This document shows positions 28,614 to 39,500 of a DNA stretch of 64,000 bases, one piece after another; positions within the stretch are counted from its first letter, which is position 1; the number at the start of each line of letters is the position of its first letter. The DNA comes from Amoebidium appalachense (lineage: Eukaryota; Protista; Ichthyosporea), in assembly GCA_963693365.1 (NCBI GenBank), contig CAVNZM010000003.1:649968-713967 (forward strand), given 5' to 3'. A program made the translations under genes and the position numbers. A model generated the notes under the pieces. It had not been told where the DNA came from, searched no databases, and saw nothing but the letters and a program-made list of their open reading frames with translations.

Positions 28614-29586
28614 ATGAGAGGAGAAAAATGGAGCCAAGGGGCGGGTAGTGCCACCACCCCACACAAGAGAGCCGTCTCTCGGCACCGCACAATATACAAG
28701 AGAGGAAAAGAGAACAGACAGAGAGAAAAAAGGAAGGAACAACCAGAGCCAACAGACACACCAGAATACAAGGGTGCCTTGCAGGATAAATGCACGGTGA
28801 TTGAATGGCTGCACGAATTTTCCCAGCAGATGTTTTGCATTGCAGGGGTCCCCCCCACACTTGCTGTTCGCTGGGCGGTGCAGTGCTTTCCTCTTGCTTC
28901 CCCCGCCCGTGTGTGGTACACGAATTTTACCAGGACACAGGGAGAACTCACGTTTGATGCATTTGCACATGCACTAGTTACGAAATTTCACGACCAGCGT
29001 GTGCAAGAGGCACTCAGTGCCGAATTAAATGCACTCAAACAAGGCAAGCAAAAGGTGGCCGAATTTGCAAGCAGGCATGCGCGTTTGTGGGCACGTGTGT
29101 ACCCCCTTAAGTCTGAGGCACACCAAATTTTGGATTTGTCTCACCGATTGGGTGGGGAAAGACGAACAAGAATTTCGCAAATATCAACTCAGACAAACAC
29201 GAAAAGAAGAAGAATTGACCCTGTCTGGAGTTGTTGCCTATCTCGCAGAAAAAGAAAGAGACAGGCACACACGAACCCCATCCACCATTCTAACACAGAA
29301 ACCCCCCACAAAACAGCAACCCGGTGGTGGATCTGGTGCCAGCGAGAAGCCGTCTATTTTTTCGCGCATGGGCACCACCCCCTGCAACCGTGGGTGCCAG
29401 TACGGCAGCCACGCCGAAGGCAAGACGTGCCCGGCCCTCAAATTCGAATGCCACTCCTGCAAGCAGAAGGGGCACTTTGGGGGGTCACCAATTTGCCCCA
29501 AGTACGACCCCAACTTTAAGAAGGGAACCCGCAAGGCAGAGATTGAGGCTAATCGGGCCAAGTTCAAGAGAGCACGTGTAGAATAG
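28614..29586 (+). CDS. Gypsy Gag (frameshift near 29155; true start uncertain)
   Basis: Retrotrans_gag-like PARVWY...TFDAFAHALVTKF...LNALKQGKQKVAEF; C-terminal C..C...H.....CPA....CHSCKQKGH......C knuckle region. Confidence 0.8.
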
Positions 29587-29741
29587 GAAGGCGGGCAAGG
29601 GACTGGTCTCTCCCCAGTAGAACATAATGTATTTGATTTAATAGCAGAGCTGGAACTGTGTTCCCCTCTGGCAGATAAATTGCAAAATAAATCTACTGGT
29701 GCGGAAATTTCTGTTGTCTCGGAGCCCTCCCACGAATCTGC

Positions 29742-32700
29742 ATGTGCCCCACCCCCCCCACGAACAGTTACCCCCGTGTACTGACCCCCCCATGCACACG
29801 CACACCCCGCCCCCCGCGCAAAAAGAAAAATGTGCATTTTGCTGACCGTGTGCACTCCTCCATTGCAGAACCACGGCATGAAAATGCCACTGTGTGCACA
29901 TTAACCCACGAAAATAAATGCACAGCCACACTTGCGCGAATGTATGTGCATGGGAAGCTAGTCACAGTAGTTGTCGACTCTGGTGCTAGCCATAGCTGTA
30001 TAAGCCCAGCATTTTACGAATCTCTCCCTGTAGTGGCAAGAAAACGAATTCAGCATGTTCCTAATTTTAGTGTACTGGATGCACAAAGTAACGAAATGAC
30101 ATGCCAAGGAAGAATATCTCTCACTCTCGCCATTCCCAACGAATCTGCTCTAGTGGTGCACAGATGGCATGTGATTGATAATCTACCATATGATGCCTTA
30201 TTAGGTGTTGATTTCATGGGGCCACAACAGGGACGAATTGATTACGGTGCTGCAGAACTTTCGTTCATGTATGCTAAGGGAAATCGCAGGTGCAGTATTC
30301 CGGTGTGGTGGTTGCGTGGGAGTGCGGAGGAGACAGCTGTTTCTCGCGTATTAATTACCACCACAGGTATTCACCTCCCGGTAGATGCGTCAAATATCGC
30401 AACGTGTAAAATAAAACTCGCTGCCGGCGCACCACCACCACGAACTTTAGACTGTTGTATGGGCACAGTGGTTCCATGTGGTCCACTTAATTCACGGGCT
30501 TACACAACAGGATGCAGTGTCACCAGTTTAGCTCGAATTTCGAATAACGAACCCCCCCTCTCCACTAGCGAAGAAAGTGTGATCGAGGACGAATACGAAT
30601 GCAAGGTGTTGTTGACTAACACATCGGACCATCATGTGTACCTAGGCCCTGGTACGGAGGTGGCCATGTTTATTCCCTTGCAATCAGATGACACTGTTAC
30701 TCTTTTAGCACGTCCACACTCCGGTAATGGAACCAGGAGGGCGACAACCCCACACCCTGGCCATCCATTAGGTACCTCTGCTAAAACGAACTTTTCTTCG
30801 CAGGAATCAACCGAAGAACCCACCGAACACGAACCACACACTTTCCAGGCGGCTACTAATATTAACGGTAGTATTAAGGTGTGTGAACGGAGTAAAATTA
30901 TGAATATGAGTACGAAAGAGAACACCACACAGCGCAGTTCCACGAAAATGAATGGTTTTGGTAATCCAGCACGAACAAAACCAGAGGTAGGGCCACCTAC
31001 TATCGAAGCAGCAGATGGGGCACCATCTACCACTGCACTGGAGGATACGAATAATTTACGAAAGCGTACGCACGAATGTACCTCCGACGGGGAAGCCGCC
31101 ACAGACGACGACTTGCCTTTTGGGGTCAAACCTCCAGAAGAATACGACATGCCTGGAACTCCCCCAGACCAACGGAAACCGTTGGCGAAACGGATACGAA
31201 AACTGCTTAAGAAATGGAAGCATGTGTTCTCTGCACACGACAACGACTTTGGTTTGAGTACCTTAGACGAACTGTCGATCGAAGTAACTACCACCATACC
31301 ACAGTACCGCAGGCCCTATAACATCCCCGGGCCACATCACCTTCGCGATAGCCTACACAAACAAATTCAAAATTGGGTAGAGTTTGGAGTGATTGAGCCT
31401 GCGTCCAGCCCTTACTCCGCTCCGATGGTGTTGGTGGCGAAAAAGGACGGGTCTTTAAGAGTCTGCATTGATTTTAGAATGCTGAACTTGATTACGAAGA
31501 AAGACGGTTACCCTTTACCACGAATTGACATGGCTCTGGGTATGCTCAGAGGTGCCCGCGTGTTTTCCGCACTTGATTTAAACGGTGGTTACCACCAAGT
31601 CAAAGTAGCCGATAACGACAAAGAAAAACTTGCATTTACCACCCCCTGGGGGCAGTATCAATTCGCACGCGCACCTTTTGGAGTAAGTAACATGCCTGCT
31701 GTCTTTTCAAGGATGATGAACCGTGTATTCGCTGGTATGCTGTGGACACATGTACTCATATATCTCGATGATATATTAGTTATGTCACCCACTATCGAAG
31801 AACATTTTGGGCATTTAGATTCATGTTTTTCCCGGCTCTGTGATGCAGGATTAAAACTGAAAGGCAGAAAATGCTCTTTGTTCATGGAAGAAGTTGGCTA
31901 TTTAGGCCATCGCGTATGCCCGGATGGTATTAAGGTAGACCCAGAAAAAGTGGCAGCAATAAAGAATAAAAGCTACCCACAAAATTTATCTGAGCTACGA
32001 AGTGACCTCGGGTTATTTTCATATTATCGAATATTTGTGGACGATTTCAGCCATACGGCTGAACCACTCACGCGAATGCTGGGCACCTCGAAGGAGGATT
32101 CAGAATTACTAAAACGAATTCACGCAAAAATGCCCCCCTCTACGAAACCCGCCAAACGCAACGGCAGCGCAAAACAACGAAAAGACGAAGCAAAAAATTT
32201 GCACGCCGATTCTGCAGCTATTTTGGCCACGAAAAAGAAAGCACAGAAAAATGCTGCATGGGTGTGGGGTACGGAACAGGAGAAAGCATACGATACCCTT
32301 AAGAATGCGTTAATTAATGCACCTGTGCTTGCTCACCCCGATTTCACCAAACCTTTTATTGTTGACTCAGATGCTTCACAGTATGCTCTGGGCGCAGTGA
32401 TTTCGCAGGTAGGTGATGACGGCAAAGAACGACCCATAGCTTATGCTAGCAGAACACTCTCTAAGAGTGAACGAAATTATGCGGCGAATAAAAGGGAAGC
32501 CTTAGGTGTGTATTGGGCTGTGTGCAAAGCATTTCGCGCTTACACCTATGGGGCTCCTTTCTTGTTACGAACCGACCACTCCAGCTTGACGCGCATTCTG
32601 TCTACCGGCGATGCACCGGAACCTGTTGTTGCAGGCTGGCAAATGGCGCTTTCCGCATACACATACGAAATTCAGCACAGGGCGGGCAAACACCACAGCA

Positions 32701-34496
32701 ATGCTGATGGACTCTCTCGGCCATCTAAAGAAAATGCGCAACCAGGACCCGAAGATACTGAGCTGACATACCCCTCACTGATCGGCACAGTCTCGGGCTC
32801 GTCCACGGTGTTTGCGGTAACACGCTCCGCCGCAGCGACAGCGCAGGCACAAGCTGCCACCCACCCACCCCCAGCTGAACCCACGAAACCTAATACCACG
32901 CCGCCAGAATTTATTCCCCCAAAAGCGGATGGACGAATGCCCACCTATGAACAGTATGTGTCAGCACAGAAGGCTGATAAACACATTGCGAAAGTCAGGG
33001 CCTACCTGGAAAAAGCACCGGGCTACGAATTATTTGGCAACGAAATCGCGATGGAAGCTAGTCGCTGCACCATAGACAATGACCTTGTGTATGTGTGGGT
33101 CCTAGAACAGCGTGGCCCCCGCAAACCCAGCAAGGAACCACGAATTTGGGTGCCGTCTACGCTTGTGCGCCTCGTTTTGGCCGCATGTCACGACGCCCCA
33201 ACCGCAGGTCACCTCGACGCAGCACGCACCTTCCACCGTGTTACCCAGATAGCATGGTGGCCACATGTATGGCAAGACTCGGTGCAGTGGGTAACCACAT
33301 GCAAAGCCTGTCAATACCGGAAGACACCCCGAATGCAAAAGAAACTACGAATTCACGATGGTTTTATCCCCACCTATCCCTTTCAATACGTGTCTATGGA
33401 CATTACTGAGATGCCTACGAAATCTGATCTCAGAGTTTCCCTGTTGGTGTTTCTCGACCTCTTCACTCGCTGGCCGGAAGTGATTTTATTTCACAAAACA
33501 CCCACAGCCGAAGATGTGGCAAAGGCATTCGAAGACTCCATCTACTGCCGTCACGGTCGTCCGGAATTTTTAGTATCAGACAACGGCGCGAATTTGGCAG
33601 CTATGTTGGTCACAGATGTCTGTCGAGTGTTGGCTACAAAACGAATTTTTGCAAGTCCCTACAGCCCCCAGACCAATGGTGCCGTAGAGCGATTCAATCG
33701 CACACTTAAGAATATTCTTGCCACTCTCGTGCAGGATAAACACCACGAATGGATTGACTACTTACCGCAAGTACTGTTTTCCTACCGCACCGCCTACCAC
33801 TCTTCCTTGGGGGACACGCCATTCTTCATGCTTTATGGCAGAGATCCGGTCGAGCCCCCCCGCCCCCCAATTGCGGCTTCATGTGGGATGGAGACGGAGG
33901 AATACCGTCGAGAACTACTGCAACGAGTGCAGTATGCCCGGCAAACAGTCACACGAATTATGTCTGAAGCTGCCCGTCGTAGTAAAATCACGGCTAACAA
34001 AAATGCTCGTGAACCCACAGAACTCGAGGGTCTGGTGTTGAAAGCAGTCACAGACTCCACCACCGACCACAGTCTACCCACGGCACTCAGACCTAAATGG
34101 GAAGGTCCGTATCGCGTCCTGCGGCGCGTTACCGACGCCCCCATGTCTTACGAAATTCAGCGGGTTGGGTCAACGGACACCGTTCGAGCACACGCACGTC
34201 ACTTGAAGCCGTATTTTCCCCGTGACGACGTTGATATGACGCCTGCCGACTCTGGTCCGCAAGATTCACCCACCCCCACCTTCGAAGTGGCAAAAATTAT
34301 TGCCCACAAGTACGACTCGGCAACTGCCCAAGCCCTTTACAAAGTTCGTTGGAAAGGGTACACGGCTAAGAACGACACCTGGGAACCTCACTCCGGCCTG
34401 CAAGACACAGCCGCAGGAGCACTCACAGACTACCTAGGTACTTTGGTGGCCGGCCCTGCCAGCCAGCCCGCACGAAAGAAGCGCCGACGTCGCTAA
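29742..34496 (+). CDS. Gypsy Pol: protease, RT, RNase H, integrase, chromodomain
   Basis: VVDSGASHS; LDLNGGYHQV, PFGVSNMP, YLDD; DSDASQYALGAV, RTDH, ADGLSR; H-x6-H...C-x2-C, SMD/SDNG/NGAVER, WEGPY; chromodomain FEVAKII...YKVRWKGY...DTWEP; C-terminal RKKRRRR. Confidence 0.96.
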   Translation: MCPTPPTNSYPRVLTPPCTRTPRPPRKKKNVHFADRVHSSIAEPRHENATVCTLTHENKCTATLARMYVHGKLVTVVVDSGASHSCISPAFYESLPVVARKRIQHVPNFSVLDAQSNEMTCQGRISLTLAIPNESALVVHRWHVIDNLPYDALLGVDFMGPQQGRIDYGAAELSFMYAKGNRRCSIPVWWLRGSAEETAVSRVLITTTGIHLPVDASNIATCKIKLAAGAPPPRTLDCCMGTVVPCGPLNSRAYTTGCSVTSLARISNNEPPLSTSEESVIEDEYECKVLLTNTSDHHVYLGPGTEVAMFIPLQSDDTVTLLARPHSGNGTRRATTPHPGHPLGTSAKTNFSSQESTEEPTEHEPHTFQAATNINGSIKVCERSKIMNMSTKENTTQRSSTKMNGFGNPARTKPEVGPPTIEAADGAPSTTALEDTNNLRKRTHECTSDGEAATDDDLPFGVKPPEEYDMPGTPPDQRKPLAKRIRKLLKKWKHVFSAHDNDFGLSTLDELSIEVTTTIPQYRRPYNIPGPHHLRDSLHKQIQNWVEFGVIEPASSPYSAPMVLVAKKDGSLRVCIDFRMLNLITKKDGYPLPRIDMALGMLRGARVFSALDLNGGYHQVKVADNDKEKLAFTTPWGQYQFARAPFGVSNMPAVFSRMMNRVFAGMLWTHVLIYLDDILVMSPTIEEHFGHLDSCFSRLCDAGLKLKGRKCSLFMEEVGYLGHRVCPDGIKVDPEKVAAIKNKSYPQNLSELRSDLGLFSYYRIFVDDFSHTAEPLTRMLGTSKEDSELLKRIHAKMPPSTKPAKRNGSAKQRKDEAKNLHADSAAILATKKKAQKNAAWVWGTEQEKAYDTLKNALINAPVLAHPDFTKPFIVDSDASQYALGAVISQVGDDGKERPIAYASRTLSKSERNYAANKREALGVYWAVCKAFRAYTYGAPFLLRTDHSSLTRILSTGDAPEPVVAGWQMALSAYTYEIQHRAGKHHSNADGLSRPSKENAQPGPEDTELTYPSLIGTVSGSSTVFAVTRSAAATAQAQAATHPPPAEPTKPNTTPPEFIPPKADGRMPTYEQYVSAQKADKHIAKVRAYLEKAPGYELFGNEIAMEASRCTIDNDLVYVWVLEQRGPRKPSKEPRIWVPSTLVRLVLAACHDAPTAGHLDAARTFHRVTQIAWWPHVWQDSVQWVTTCKACQYRKTPRMQKKLRIHDGFIPTYPFQYVSMDITEMPTKSDLRVSLLVFLDLFTRWPEVILFHKTPTAEDVAKAFEDSIYCRHGRPEFLVSDNGANLAAMLVTDVCRVLATKRIFASPYSPQTNGAVERFNRTLKNILATLVQDKHHEWIDYLPQVLFSYRTAYHSSLGDTPFFMLYGRDPVEPPRPPIAASCGMETEEYRRELLQRVQYARQTVTRIMSEAARRSKITANKNAREPTELEGLVLKAVTDSTTDHSLPTALRPKWEGPYRVLRRVTDAPMSYEIQRVGSTDTVRAHARHLKPYFPRDDVDMTPADSGPQDSPTPTFEVAKIIAHKYDSATAQALYKVRWKGYTAKNDTWEPHSGLQDTAAGALTDYLGTLVAGPASQPARKKRRRR

Positions 34497-35176
34497 CTTC
34501 CCTCAGCCTGGTGGTTTACCGTCTCCAGACCATACCACCAGGCTCCCGAGAAGGGGGGAGTGTAAACATCTGTACACGCCGTACATGTTTACTATTAAGA
34601 ATATACTGTACATATCATAGTGATCACGTAGATATTGTGTACATATGATCAGATCAATATCACACGCGACAGCCGCGGGCTGCGGCTCACGACTGAGCCG
34701 CGGCGCCGGCAATATGCAGTGGCCGTGCAGTCAGTATGAACCAATAGAATTCGAGAACCGCTAGGATAGGAATGCAAGTCTCATCCACTACGGAGGCGAC
34801 ATCTATAGCTAAACGAACGGAACCAATAAGGAAATCAGACCCAGTTGCATAAACCTAAACGGGCTTAAGTATTGACCAATCATTTGCCACAAAGTTATCC
34901 TTTTAGTTAGCTTCATGTTATTGGTGCACTGTGTGCACATAAAGACGACCGCACTCTTCTGACTGGTCAGAAGTCACGAAGGGGGTTTACGCTGTTTACT
35001 CGAGGCAAAGAGAACCAGTCTCAGGTATGGGGGGGGGGGTTTTGCTCGGAATATCCCCTCAGCGGTATATCATGATCACGTACATAGATGTCGGGTGGTG
35101 ACTATATATCAGGGTTTACTTTCTCTACGAGACACCATAAAGACTACAAGGAGAAATCAATTAGTTGGGGTTCCCC

Positions 35177-35218
<42 letters not shown>

Positions 35219-35250
35219 GGGCTCCCCTCGGGACACTCGGTATCAGCTGG

Positions 35251-35317
<67 letters not shown>

Positions 35318-36132
35318 TGCGCTATAATTTTGTAGTGATGTGTTTCTCAAGCCAATCAATACATCTAATAAACAGTCGTAGTTACGCGTGTTTAGTATAA
35401 AATCAAGGATGTTGTAATTTAAGGTAGGCTATCTTTCTGGGTGTCTGTTGTGAATGTGACGTGTGTGTGTTGCGGTATTATGTGGTCTATCAAACTACAT
35501 TTGGCGATACATGACCGGTTAAACTGTGTGTGTGTGTGTTGTTTGGGCATGCAAATGATGCCACCTTATACTTATTAGATCTCCACTGTATAGCACGTGT
35601 ACAGTAAAAGCGTGGTAATTGATAATAATACCATCAGCTAGAGAAAGACCAGTTCTACAGGAAGGTAATATTATTTAGGTGTTATCATGCGAGTGCCATA
35701 TTTGGCAATATGGTTGAGGCGGTCAGTATATATAAAACGAGACATAAGGCTTAGTTTTTCAAGGTGTATGCTTTCATCGGGTCTAGTGTCGTGTGGTATC
35801 TTTTTCCATTTGTTATATTGCGTGATTATCTTGTGATTGTGTACATGTTTAATAAGTAAGTGGCAGTCCAAAGTCACACACACACTATTGCGGGGTTTAT
35901 TTGTATTTGTGCCCAGGGGAGAAGGGGAGAGAGAGGGGAGGAAAGAAGGCATCAATGCCACCCATCCAGATGATCCGGAACCTGGGGGCTATATAAACAA
36001 GCCGTCCCAGTACGGGGGATCACTCTGAACGAGCACATTAAATAGTAACCTGGCCGCGTGTGCCTTACTACCCGTTCTCTGTCTTTATTCTGATTCAGTT
36101 GTTCTCTGCCTTATCCCAACTAGTTCAACTGT

Positions 36133-36714
36133 TTACACCTCCTCAAGGGCCCTGGACCATCTTGACGAGAGCTGGGGGTAATAGTCGCGCTCCATATTGG
36201 CCCGCACGACCTGGGCAAACGCACCACCCTCAGTAGCCCTGATGTGCTGGTAAGTCACACGGTCGCCTACCAGGTTGAGGATGTCGCCCACCATGCTCCA
36301 TGTCAGGTCGAGACGCCGCCGCAGGTGGGTAGCTTCGTCTTCATCGGGCAGCCGCGGCATAGCAGCCACGGCGTTGTAGAGATGCAGGAGGGCGTTGCCC
36401 AAGCCCCCAGCAAACTCCACTTCTTCACGGACCGCCTGGCTGAGTTCACTGCGCTCAAACCCTAGGTGCTCAACAGGAATCGGACCGGGCCCGTTGCTGA
36501 GGGAGTCCTCCACCACGAACCGGGCAAAGCCGCCGAAGGCAGGGTGCATGGTTACCAAAGCTTGGCGTTGCACCGGAACCAACGGCAGTTCGGAGAAGCC
36601 CCAGTTGCGCCCAAGTCGCTCACGGCGGGCCTCGTTACTCTCGACAGCATCGCCAGAAATGAGGCGGCGGAGCTCCGCAAGATAAGCTGAGTAGTTGGCG
36701 TCCATTCTAGTCAC
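36133..36714 (-). CDS. Intronless hypothetical protein, 193 aa, function unknown
   Basis: Non-repetitive, GC-rich open frame with protein-like composition; TATAAAA on the minus strand near 36867-36873. Confidence 0.55.
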   Translation of the reverse strand: MTRMDANYSAYLAELRRLISGDAVESNEARRERLGRNWGFSELPLVPVQRQALVTMHPAFGGFARFVVEDSLSNGPGPIPVEHLGFERSELSQAVREEVEFAGGLGNALLHLYNAVAAMPRLPDEDEATHLRRRLDLTWSMVGDILNLVGDRVTYQHIRATEGGAFAQVVRANMERDYYPQLSSRWSRALEEV

Positions 36715-37099
36715 TACTAGAGTGGCGGGAGCAACGACGTGCAGGACGGAAAGTTAAAAGTATACAGGCGCACTGCCACTGTGATTGCTACCTAATCACC
36801 AACCGTCACTGCTAGAGAGAGCAGCGACGGGGGACAAAAAGTGAGGGTGATTTAACCATCACACGCTTTTTATAGTACCCTAAAAAGCTGCTACTGTGCC
36901 TATTGGGTGATCACTTCGATCTCCCAATATGGCACTACTAAGTTTAGAAAATCTGGATTTACAAATCAACGATTCTAATTGACCCCAACTGGCACTATTT
37001 TTAGTTACGCCTTATCCCACGGTTCTAGCCGCAGCAACGCTAGTGGGGAAATGAGCACAGCTCACTTTAACAACACCAGCCGGGAGCGACCCGGGACAC

Positions 37100-37438
37100 A
37101 TACACAAACATAAAGACTTGAAAGGGGAAGATCCCATGCCCAGGACGCTGACCCGAACCGTGGCCGGTGACTCGGATTGGTCTCCCACTTGAACGTTGGG
37201 CCGGGATGCCCAAGCGGCGCGCCGTCGACGTCAGAGGGCCGGTGCTGTTCATGACGTCATGTCTTACGGCCGGGTGATAACAAATTGGTGGTGCTGCTTT
37301 GACGTGGTCTGGGGTGATGGCTTCTAGGGGGCGGCCAGACCGGTGGACCGTCGAGGCAGAAAAAATCGGAAGTAACCAGGATCGATCCTGCGACTTTGAG
37401 CTTGGCACGCAGAGATCTTACCATTGCACCAACCCGCC
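37100..37438 (-). mobile_element. tRNA-Gly(GCC)-derived SINE-like element or tRNA pseudogene (tRNA-like head at 37367-37438)
   Basis: Minus strand GGCGGGTTGGTGCAATGGTAAG...TGCCAA...GCAGGATCGATCCTG has an A box, a GCC anticodon loop and a B box; the acceptor stem does not pair; a GC-rich body follows. The 3' boundary is approximate. Confidence 0.6.
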
Positions 37439-38726
37439 CCCCGTCAAGATTCCCAGCTCATGTATATTATATGCATGTTGAGCTTCGAATGAATAGATAC
37501 TGAAGTAGCCTTTGTTTCTACTATCGAACCTCGACGCGGTCCATATCAATTTGGCGTGGGCCAACGGTGTTCGTGGATATCGATGATCGCCGGTGGGAAT
37601 TCGAAGCCCTGAAAATAATAATTAGCTTGGAGTTTTGTACGTGGGTATACGTTGTGAAGAGTAATGTTTAGTAATCATAGTATTAGCTGCTTGTGTATTA
37701 TACGTCTGATGCCTATGATACGTATGTACGTACAGTGAATGGTTTGTTTGTGAATCAAGTTACTATGTGGATGCAGTGGGAAAACACGCCCACAAGCGGA
37801 CTACGAAAACTTTACATGAGCAACGGTTCTAATATAGCGGAAGTTGTAGATGGAAGCGATGTTCGAAGTTTTGAGTCCTACGGTTAGGTAACTTCCGGAA
37901 GTTCCGAGCCTCCGAGGCCTCTAGGGCCTGGGCCGCCTGGCCATGGCCTCCTGAGGCAACAAGCGGAGAACAAAAAGTGCCTGTTGGCCTTGGTGCCGGC
38001 AACGTATCACGACCTCAAGCCTGTATGTCAATAATAAATAAACAGCACAATCCCCCAGAACAAAAACAAACTGAAACAATCTATTATTAACAAGAGTTTA
38101 TAATTTCACACCCTGGGGTAGTCTCCAAGGCTTTTTAGACACCAAACTGCTTTTCGATTGCTTTATGGCCGGTCTGATGATGAGAGGCAGCACCCGGCCG
38201 CCGTCCCCGCAGGCCCCCACTGGGCCGCAAACAAATCACATGTACTGACTCCCGGCCCTGGGGCCATACACACGAGATCAATACAGATAAGGCCCTCGGG
38301 CCCGAAAACAGAAATCATCCCCCCCCCCCCCCCCCAACCAAGCACTACTACCCTCAACGCTAGCACTTACAGCCCTGATCCATAAAGCTGAGAACAGCAG
38401 GCAAACGGCGAGGAAACAGAATGCGGGCGGGTGGGTGGGTCCTAAGAAGAAGCGGCGAGGAAAAGACTGTTTGAGAGAAGCGAAAAACACGACTTTTATA
38501 GTCGCTTCTACAGGAAGAGATGTGTGATGCCGATCATCACACCATCTTCTTCCGATTGGTGGATAAAATGAGTATTTACCAAATATATCATTTTAGACAC
38601 CAAACTGCTATCTACGTCCACTAAGCCACAGCCGGCTAACATAAACTATTACATTTACGCTGGCTGGCTGGGGCCCCTCACAGCCTGTCCAGGAACCGGG
38701 GGTGCTGTCCAGACGAAAATTAATGC

Positions 38727-39500
38727 TCAGGCTTGCATACGCCACGGCCGCACCCCGCGCGGGAAAATCACCTCAGAGGGGCGCAGCACACTTGCCGAAG
38801 CCAACCCCTGAATGACGGGCCACCACGACACCGTATCCCACACTGGAACGACGAGGATGCCCGCTGCACCTTCCCGCTGCAGCTTGGCCACCATTCGCTT
38901 GATCAGCGGGAACGGAGGCGCCCACCAGCTTGGTGCCGTCCACGGCACCGCCAACCCGTCTGCCATCCCACCGGGGGCCCCTGCCTGGGCCCACACATTA
39001 AACTCGGCCTTCACTGCCGAGGTGTGGGTGGCAAACCGATCGACTTCGGGCTGCATGCCCAGCAGCCACTCCACCCGCTCGACTGCCTCCGGCGTGACTT
39101 GCCATTCATGCTGGGGGTCCACCCGCGACAGCCAATCTGCTCGGTCGTTGAGCTCACCAGGGATGTAGGCCACCTCCTGTGGCCAAGGCAACCCGTGGTC
39201 GAGGCACAACTGCAGAAGTTGCCACAGAATGCGCTGCATCGAGGGGCTGCCGCTGCCCTTTTTCCGCACGGCCCCAAGGGCCGCCTGGGCATCGGCTTGC
39301 CACTGCACACGCTGCCCACGGAGGGCTTCCTGCAGGGCAGGGCTCTGATAGGCCTCCAACAGGCCCTCACACTCCGCAATCGCCGCCGCCCGCGGAGCGT
39401 CGTCGGCTGCCCACCTGCCCGCCGCCTCAAGCGCAGGGGCAGGGGGATCCCGCCACTTGAAGCACGGCCCCCCAGCCGTGTGTGGTGGCAGCATCCGTGA
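38727..39500 (-). pseudogene. DIRS-type RNase H plus adenine methyltransferase-like domain (frameshifted)
   Basis: TDAATTHGWGAV, AIAECEG, YIPGELNDRADWLSR, VDRFAT...FN, DGLAVPW...WWAPPFPLI...KLQREG..GILVVPVW...WWP. Confidence 0.85.

Larger units (their letters stand above)
28614..35120 (+). mobile_element. Ty3/gypsy LTR retrotransposon with chromodomain, 5' LTR missing
   Basis: gag and pol ORFs in PR-RT-RH-IN order; 11-bp hairpin at 34505-34544; PPT gagaaggggggag at 34548-34560 followed by TGTAAAC; probable LTR end gtttac(t) near 35120 (uncertain). Confidence 0.9.

Noticed and set aside
38170-38210. CTGATGA in DIRS repeat B (also 4330, 40935, and minus strand 26525) as hammerheads
   Set aside because: No properly placed stem II plus GAAA and stem III/I pairing.
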